A stretch of 29,234 bases of DNA from positions 1 to 29,234 of IMG/VR virus record IMGVR_UViG_3300033076_001163; one strand, 5' to 3'. Position 1 is the first letter of the stretch; each line of letters opens with the position of its first letter. The notes beneath the pieces are model-generated. The model did not search any database and was not told the DNA's origin. It saw only the letters and a list, made by a program, of their open reading frames with translations. The stretch comes from a virus (taxonomy: Duplodnaviria; Caudoviricetes). The position numbers were made by a program, and so were the translations under genes. Of this stretch, positions 16,729 to 22,530 are shown piece after piece.

Positions 16729-16780
16729 CGTTTTTTATATTGCCGCCCAAACGCGGCGGGTGTAGAGGAAAAGAACAATA

Positions 16781-16924
16781 ATGCCGCTCGGCTGTTTTTT
16801 TTCTGCCCCTCGCTAGTTCACCAGAACTAACTAACGGCGGAAGAGACAGACGGAAAAAAGTGAAGCGCCTTGAGTGATAAGCTCTAAGGCGCTCCTAGCG
16901 GCATGAATCTTCGAGGGATTCATG
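16781..16924 (+). promoter_or_regulatory. Structured RNA leader (multi-stem) sequestering the next gene's RBS and start codon
   Basis: Outer stem ATGCCGCT/AGCGGCAT closing two long hairpins; overlapping hairpin CATGAATC..GATTCATG covers GAGGG and ATG 16922. Confidence 0.65.
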
Positions 16925-17116
16925 AACCGATACAATTCACTTAACACAATCATTCGCGCTCGTCACTGGAGAGATCCGCACGGCGAGCTAGTTCACGCAC
17001 AAAAGATTGAGGCGATCTGGCCTTGGATCAAGGGCGCGATCCTGCTGGCGCTGTTTATGCTCAGCGCTGGCGTGGTCATGGCTGTATTTGCTGCGGTTTG
17101 GGGGCTGGTAGCATGA
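16922..17116 (+). CDS. Small membrane protein translationally coupled to the replication gene
   Basis: 64 aa, SD GAGGG, hydrophobic C-terminal half; TGA overlaps initiator ATG (ATGA 17113-17116). Confidence 0.7.
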   Translation: MNRYNSLNTIIRARHWRDPHGELVHAQKIEAIWPWIKGAILLALFMLSAGVVMAVFAAVWGLVA

Positions 17117-18012
17117 GCACCTGGTTTCGCCACGATTGCGATGCACACGCAGATCCCAAGCTGGCCACCGTGCTGGCCGAAAAGGGCGCTGAGGGTTACG
17201 GCGTTTACTTTCTGCTGATCGAAGCGCTGGCGCGAGAAAGCTCGCACGAGCTGAAGGTGTCGATATTGCCGGGGCTGGCGCTCAAGTGGGGGCAGAAGGC
17301 CGATACCTTGAAAGCCTATATCGAGTACTTCACCTCGCTTGATCTGCTAATTTCCGACGGCGTTGTATTTTATTCGGCATCGCTCAAAACAAGGATGCAG
17401 CAGATTGACGCAAAACGGAGCGTTACGCGCGACCGTGTAACGCGTTACAGGAGCGTTACAGATCCAAGTGTAACGCCGCCCCAGAGCGTTACACAAAAAA
17501 GTGTAACGCCTGAGCCTCAGCGTTACACCTCTAATCTAATCTATTCTAATCAGATCAAATCTAATCAAATCAAATCTGAGAGCGTTACACCGAAGCCTGT
17601 AACGCCCGAGCCGCCGCCCGACCCCTACGCAGTCTACCGCAAGCACGTCGATAAGGTTTTGAAGGTGCCCGGCGATCCGCCTGAGCCCTGGGAAAGTCAC
17701 AACCTGTACATCGGATCTGGCAAACGTCCGTGTCGGAACGCTGAGCATGTTTGGTTAACGCCGCAACAGCTTGTGGAGCTTTGGAAGCTTTACGACGACA
17801 CCGCAGGCCGCGATCAATCGATCCCGCTGTTCTACGACGCGTTAAAGAACACGCAGGCCGCAGCGCAAGCCCACATCGACCAAGGCAGGCCGATCGAGAG
17901 CTTCAAAGCCTACAACCACCTATCAAGCTGGAAACTGCAAGACGCGGCAAACACGCGGGCGGCAGTTGCTCGCATGACTCGAAACATCGCTAAGGAGCTT
18001 AGCCACCCATGA
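17113..18012 (+). CDS. Phage replication initiator (DUF4373/Lin1244-like N-terminal domain)
   Basis: MSTWFRHDCDAHADPKL...GAEGYGVYFLLIEAL; low-complexity linker encoded by iterons, as in lambdoid O genes. ATG 17113 preferred over track start 17023. Confidence 0.82.
   Translation: MSTWFRHDCDAHADPKLATVLAEKGAEGYGVYFLLIEALARESSHELKVSILPGLALKWGQKADTLKAYIEYFTSLDLLISDGVVFYSASLKTRMQQIDAKRSVTRDRVTRYRSVTDPSVTPPQSVTQKSVTPEPQRYTSNLIYSNQIKSNQIKSESVTPKPVTPEPPPDPYAVYRKHVDKVLKVPGDPPEPWESHNLYIGSGKRPCRNAEHVWLTPQQLVELWKLYDDTAGRDQSIPLFYDALKNTQAAAQAHIDQGRPIESFKAYNHLSSWKLQDAANTRAAVARMTRNIAKELSHP
17420..17605. repeat. Replication origin: iterons GCGTTAC-N10-GTAACGC plus AT-rich pentamer tract
   Basis: Full copies start at 17420, 17453, 17486 and 17582; half sites at 17442 and 17520; TCTAA/TCAAA-like repeats 17530-17577. 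Confidence 0.88.
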
Positions 18013-18353
18013 ACGATTTCAGGCAACAAACTACGACCACCGACGACCTAAAGCAGCTATTTCCAGACCTAACCCCTGTCAGCGAAGCGCCGCCGATTGA
18101 ATCGCAGGCGCAGTTTGAGGCGGAATGGTTCAAGCGGTACAGCGCAGCGCGCGTCGAGGGCCGCACGAAGATCAGCTACTGGGAGGTTCAGAACCCGCAC
18201 CTGTTGAAATGGCAGAGCGATCGATTTGATAAGGTTTTATTCAGGGTCAAACCCAAAATGATTTTCCCGCAAGCAAAGAAGGCGTCCAAGCAGGCCGCGA
18301 TTGGCTACGAACAAAAGAAGGCGATCGGCCATGAGCCGACGTTCAACGAATGA
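18009..18353 (+). CDS. Hypothetical protein downstream of initiator
   Basis: 114 aa; ATGA overlaps at both ends; no P-loop. Confidence 0.72.
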   Translation: MNDFRQQTTTTDDLKQLFPDLTPVSEAPPIESQAQFEAEWFKRYSAARVEGRTKISYWEVQNPHLLKWQSDRFDKVLFRVKPKMIFPQAKKASKQAAIGYEQKKAIGHEPTFNE

Positions 18354-18655
18354 GCATAGCAAGACCCGGCGATGTCCCGCCAGAAACATGGCGGCGCTTT
18401 TGTGAATACCACAAAGCCAACCCGGAAGTATGGCGACAATTTGAGCGCTTCACGCTTGATGCCTGCTCCCGCCGTAGGGCGATCGGCGCGAAGGCAATCA
18501 TGGAGCGCGTGCGGTGGGAGACTGAGATCGAGCGGGGTGAGGAGTTTAAGGTGTGCAATTCATACACGGCATATTATGCGCGGGTGTTTGCGGCGAAGTA
18601 TCCGCAGCACGCGGAATTATTTGAATTCAGAACGATCAAGGGGGTGGCAGCGTGA
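18350..18655 (+). CDS. Hypothetical phage protein
   Basis: 101 aa; YHKANPEVW...ERVRWE...FKVCNSYTAYYAR motif; coupled overlaps at both ends. Confidence 0.8.
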   Translation: MSIARPGDVPPETWRRFCEYHKANPEVWRQFERFTLDACSRRRAIGAKAIMERVRWETEIERGEEFKVCNSYTAYYARVFAAKYPQHAELFEFRTIKGVAA

Positions 18656-19407
18656 AGCCGTATTTTGAGGAGGCTGGCACAACGATTTACCACGGCGATT
18701 GCCGCGAGATCCTTATTGCGTTGCCCGATGAATCAATTGACTGCATTTGGACCGATCCGCCCTACGGACACAAGAATGCCGACGGTGACTTTCTTTCTAA
18801 ACGTTCAGAAATTATGGGCGACGGCATCGGCACAACTCAAAGCCCGATCGCAAATGATGACCAAGAGTCAATGCGTGCTGTAGTAGATTATATGTTGACT
18901 CAGGCCGCCCGCTTGCTACGGCGCGATTCTTGCTGCTGCTGCTGCTGCGGCGGCGGCGGGCCATCGCCCACATTTGCCTGGCTCGCACAACGAATGGATG
19001 AGGGCGGTCTTAGTTTTTTCCATAGCGTGATTTGGGATAAGAAAAACCCCGGCATCGGCTGGCGATTCAGGCGACAGCACGAAATGATCATGGTGGCACA
19101 CCGCAGCAGCGGCTCCCTGCGGTGGAATGACGAGATCGGAGCGCTTAGGAACGTTCTGTCGGAGCCAGCACCAACCGATCGCGTACATCCAAACGAAAAG
19201 CCTTTGGCGTTGGTAGCGCGATTCCTGGCGCACATGACAATGCCCGGCGATACAATCCTAGACCCCTTCATGGGCAGCGGCACAACCCTAGTCGCTGCGA
19301 AGAATCTCAACCGCAAAGCAATCGGAATCGAGCTAAGCGAAAAATACTGCGAGATCGCAGCCAAGCGATTGAGCCAACAGGTTATGAATTTCGAGGGATC
19401 AAAATGA
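18652..19407 (+). CDS. Orphan beta-class N6-adenine/N4-cytosine DNA methyltransferase
   Basis: DPPY (motif IV) before HPNEKP and DPFMGSGTT (motif I); no adjacent restriction gene. Confidence 0.94.
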   Translation: MKPYFEEAGTTIYHGDCREILIALPDESIDCIWTDPPYGHKNADGDFLSKRSEIMGDGIGTTQSPIANDDQESMRAVVDYMLTQAARLLRRDSCCCCCCGGGGPSPTFAWLAQRMDEGGLSFFHSVIWDKKNPGIGWRFRRQHEMIMVAHRSSGSLRWNDEIGALRNVLSEPAPTDRVHPNEKPLALVARFLAHMTMPGDTILDPFMGSGTTLVAAKNLNRKAIGIELSEKYCEIAAKRLSQQVMNFEGSK

Positions 19408-19634
19408 CACTAACACGATTCGCCATAGAGCTAGACATCCCCGAGCTGGAAGATCGCGCCGCTGACATGCGCCGCAGAGCTGAGCGAGGGCCACGCGGTA
19501 CGGGGATCAATGGCGGGGTGTATGTCAGGGATGAGAAAGAGATCGCCACGCATCGCCAGCACAATCTTAATTTGGCTGAAGCGTGCGAGGATCTGATCGC
19601 AATGAAGCGGAAGGAGGTCGATCGGCTGCTATGA
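19404..19634 (+). CDS. Hypothetical protein
   Basis: 76 aa; ATGA overlaps at both ends. Confidence 0.7.
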   Translation: MTLTRFAIELDIPELEDRAADMRRRAERGPRGTGINGGVYVRDEKEIATHRQHNLNLAEACEDLIAMKRKEVDRLL

Positions 19635-19831
19635 CTGATGAGAAAATGCTGGGCGAGATGGTGCGGGCGTGGATACAAGGCGATGCGTTTGTAGAATTCA
19701 TGCAGAGCATGATGTACGGCAAGCGAGTGCAGGATCTGACCAAAGAGGAGCTTTGTTTTTGTCTCCACGGAATGATGATTGAAAAAGAGAGTTGGAAAGA
19801 TAGTTATTTCGCAGCGAGGGATCGAGTATGA
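19631..19831 (+). CDS. Hypothetical protein
   Basis: 66 aa from ATG 19631 (ATGA overlap, AGGAGG upstream); track start 19583. Confidence 0.65.
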   Translation: MTDEKMLGEMVRAWIQGDAFVEFMQSMMYGKRVQDLTKEELCFCLHGMMIEKESWKDSYFAARDRV

Positions 19832-20070
19832 ACAAACTAAACAATTTCGTTTCTGGGCTCATAATCGCGGCGATCTTATCGACCGTCCTCGCCACGATAC
19901 TGGCGATGTTTGGACCACGAGAGGCTAAAGCCTCCCAAGGTTCCTGCGCCTGCCGCGAACTAACCCGCATCCGTGTTTTGCTTGAACAGCAGGCCGGAGT
20001 CGTCTGCAACGAATATCGATGTTTACCAGCACCGACGCCGACTGCGGGGAGCGGGGAGCCGTTAGAATAG
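19828..20070 (+). CDS. Small exported or membrane-anchored Cys-containing protein
   Basis: Hydrophobic N-terminus ending AKA-S, four Cys, PAPTPT tail. Confidence 0.65.
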   Translation: MNKLNNFVSGLIIAAILSTVLATILAMFGPREAKASQGSCACRELTRIRVLLEQQAGVVCNEYRCLPAPTPTAGSGEPLE

Positions 20071-20087
20071 TTTGATAGGAGGTGAGT

Positions 20088-20519
20088 ATGGGAATAGATG
20101 CTAGAGGTCTGGCGATCTGGCCTACCGCTGTAGAGCAAAAGCTGAAATCGAGGATCGGTATTTTTGCTACGGCTTTCTGCGGCTATCCAGAGCCGAGGTG
20201 GAGGTCTGAGGCTGAGATGGAAATAAATTTCTATATGGATCGCTACTTTGGTCCGGGTTACGAACGAAGCCAGAACACCCCAAATCAGACGCGGTATATG
20301 AAGTTTTTAATAGAAGCCGGGGCAGAGGTTTACTATGGGGGTGACAGCTCGAATGTAGTGATGAAGGTGTCTACCGAGTATTTAAATCGAATGGAAGAGA
20401 TCTTCTTTTATGCGTTCATCCATGAGCTAGCGTACTACGATCACAACATTCCACAGGATTTATGGGATGGCGTCGAGTACCAAAGCGCCATCGAGTATTA
20501 CCCGGAGGATCGACCATGA
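20088..20519 (+). CDS. Hypothetical protein
   Basis: SD AGGAGG before ATG 20088; about 143 aa, Tyr/Glu-rich. Confidence 0.7.
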   Translation: MGIDARGLAIWPTAVEQKLKSRIGIFATAFCGYPEPRWRSEAEMEINFYMDRYFGPGYERSQNTPNQTRYMKFLIEAGAEVYYGGDSSNVVMKVSTEYLNRMEEIFFYAFIHELAYYDHNIPQDLWDGVEYQSAIEYYPEDRP

Positions 20520-20568
20520 ACGACAAAGAAACCATCACCTATCGCGGCGAGGAGTGGGAGGTGGGGGA

Positions 20569-20796
20569 GTGAGTAGATATCCAAACGACGGGCGAGCGTT
20601 AAACGAGGCTGAGCTGAAAGCCCTGGCGGAGTTGCAGGATCTTTGCGCACGGCACGATATGAGAATTACGCCGTGGTTTGATACCAGTATCAAGAATTGC
20701 GTAGCCATTCGCATCGACGGTGGCCTGATCATAACTACGGATGTTTCTCACCTGGGGCTCAGTTTGGTGATTAAGAAAACTGAAGAGGATCTTTGA
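20569..20796 (+). CDS. Hypothetical protein
   Basis: 75 aa from GTG 20569 after a G-rich SD; the longer track start overlaps the previous gene. Confidence 0.6.
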   Translation: MSRYPNDGRALNEAELKALAELQDLCARHDMRITPWFDTSIKNCVAIRIDGGLIITTDVSHLGLSLVIKKTEEDL

Positions 20797-21110
20797 AACC
20801 CCCACAATTTCTACGAAACGCCGTAGCCACCGCACGTTGGCTCGATCTATCGATCAAAGAACAGAAAGATTTTATCTTTTTAGCTCAAATACAACAAAGT
20901 ATCGAAGCAACATGGCAGCGCAAGCGAGGTAAGCGGAACTGGTACGACTTCGCATTAAGCCAGATCGCAACCAAGCGCATAGAGATCGATTTGTACGCAA
21001 TGCCCGGCGATCCCGTTCTAAATGAACCGCCGAAACTTACATACTCTGTGCAGTATGGATATTTGCCAACAATGGCCGTTGTGGTTCCTAGTTTAGGGGG
21101 CAAGCTTTGA
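20793..21110 (+). CDS. Hypothetical protein
   Basis: 105 aa; TTG start in TTGA overlap, SD GAGGA. Confidence 0.62.
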   Translation: MKPPQFLRNAVATARWLDLSIKEQKDFIFLAQIQQSIEATWQRKRGKRNWYDFALSQIATKRIEIDLYAMPGDPVLNEPPKLTYSVQYGYLPTMAVVVPSLGGKL

Positions 21111-21667
21111 AACCCCTCACCATAACCATCAACCCCCTACCGCGAATCGTTCGGATCGATCTGCGCGGCGATCTGTCGGCTCTGCCGAGCGTGACGAATC
21201 GGCGCATCATTTGCCGGGGGCGATTGATTAAGGAGCCAAAAGCGCAGCAGGCGATTCACGATCTGACCTGGCTCTTTAAGCAAGAATCAAACCTGATCGC
21301 GCCCCTAGTACGATTCGGCGCTGAGCCCGTGCACGTTATCGCAATCCTGGGCGAGCGGTACGATCGGCTAGGGCGCAGGCGATCGCGGTGGGATTCTCAC
21401 AACATGGCGAAAGTCATCGGCGATTGGCTGCAAATGATCGAGGTTATCGACGATGATCAGCGCGCTGAGATTATGTGCGTTAAGCGGATCGATTATTTTG
21501 GGGACGATCAACTCCTGACATCGATCATTATTCAACCCAAAAAACGGGTTGCAAATTGCCTTGGAGCGTTCGTCCATCATGTTAACGAGCAGAGTTTAAC
21601 AGTGGCGATGACGGACAAAGATCTGCCCGTTGATCTGATGGCGCCCCAAGGCAAGTTATCTAATTAA
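21107..21667 (+). CDS. RusA-like Holliday junction resolvase (divergent)
   Basis: LPSVTN N-terminal motif and RWDSHNMAKVIGDWLQ...IDDD matching the RusA RxDxDNxxKxxxDxL..DD pattern. Confidence 0.72.
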   Translation: MKPLTITINPLPRIVRIDLRGDLSALPSVTNRRIICRGRLIKEPKAQQAIHDLTWLFKQESNLIAPLVRFGAEPVHVIAILGERYDRLGRRRSRWDSHNMAKVIGDWLQMIEVIDDDQRAEIMCVKRIDYFGDDQLLTSIIIQPKKRVANCLGAFVHHVNEQSLTVAMTDKDLPVDLMAPQGKLSN

Positions 21668-21893
21668 CTTCCCAGGCCGCTTTTCTGCGTGCTGGTATAG
21701 CGCCGCTCTTATCGGCTGCTTTTGATAATATCCCGTGGCCGGTAAGCCACGCTGCCACAAACTCAGCAATTGGCACCCACGGCGGTGGTATTACGCCCGC
21801 TAGGATTAGTTGCGACAGGACCGCACCTAGAAGCACTTTCCAGCCCTTAAGCGGTCCCAGATGAATCAAAAAACTAATTATTCTACCTAACAT
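21660..21893 (-). CDS. Putative holin
   Basis: 77 aa from ATG 21893 (SD GAGGGG); LKGWK, two hydrophobic segments, basic C-terminus; last gene of late block. Confidence 0.6.
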   Translation of the reverse strand: MLGRIISFLIHLGPLKGWKVLLGAVLSQLILAGVIPPPWVPIAEFVAAWLTGHGILSKAADKSGAIPARRKAAWEVN

Positions 21894-22152
21894 TTCTATC
21901 CCCCCTCGTTTGGTTTTGCTCAATATGGCCTAGCCTTTCCTTCACTTCCCTAAGCTCACTCATCAGAATATCAAAGCGCGCTTCCATGACCTCATGCGCC
22001 GACATTACCTGATGTTGCTGCGTAACTAATGACGCGCTTTGCGCTTCGACATATTGGATCCAGCGATTCGCCGACCAAAGAAAATACGCGCCGAACATCC
22101 CGAGCGCGCTCACAAGTAGTCCAATGACGTTTAGCTTTGCAGCAGTGCCCAT
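21883..22152 (-). CDS. Single-pass membrane protein with coiled coil (holin/XhlA-like lysis-associated)
   Basis: 89 aa, SD GAGGAGG, N-terminal TM segment then heptad repeat. Confidence 0.6.
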   Translation of the reverse strand: MGTAAKLNVIGLLVSALGMFGAYFLWSANRWIQYVEAQSASLVTQQHQVMSAHEVMEARFDILMSELREVKERLGHIEQNQTRGDRNVR

Positions 22153-22158
22153 ACCTCC

Positions 22159-22530
22159 TCATGGTGTGTAGGTAATGTACGTTAAATTAATAACCGCCGC
22201 GGCGGTCACTACGTCAATGGTTAGAGCTTCATTAGTTGCGGTCTCAAAATAGCCTTCTTCAATGAATGGGATGAAATTCATGAAGCCGCCCGTTGCGGGC
22301 GGCAGGTACAGCCCGAAACGTGAAGTTGCGCCCGTTTTGATGGTCACGAAAGATATTCCGGCACCGCCGCTGCTTTGCAATGACATTGCGTATACCCGGT
22401 GCCGTTGCGTTGCGTTGGCGGCCAGGATCGTTTGCCCGGCTCCAACCGCAAAGCCGAAGTATTGAGTGGTGATAGGGTACACTTGCCCATTGATCTGAAT
22501 CTTGCGGATAGAATCGACCGTAGCGATCAT
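22159..22530 (-). CDS. Small beta-sandwich virion protein (putative)
   Basis: 123 aa, Thr/Ala/Gly-rich; ATGA-coupled to upstream gene. Confidence 0.65.
   Translation of the reverse strand: MIATVDSIRKIQINGQVYPITTQYFGFAVGAGQTILAANATQRHRVYAMSLQSSGGAGISFVTIKTGATSRFGLYLPPATGGFMNFIPFIEEGYFETATNEALTIDVVTAAAVINLTYITYTP

Noticed and set aside
16544-16765. 73-aa track ORF
   Set aside because: The overlapping frame 16573-16728 gives a convincing RHH protein; this frame has no recognisable features.
17420-17605. CRISPR-like mini-array
   Set aside because: Repeats are 7-bp half sites with 10-bp spacers inside a coding region and there are no cas genes; iterons explain them.
20415-20445. HExxH metalloprotease motif in 20088-20519
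   Set aside because: Sequence is HELAY, lacking the second His.
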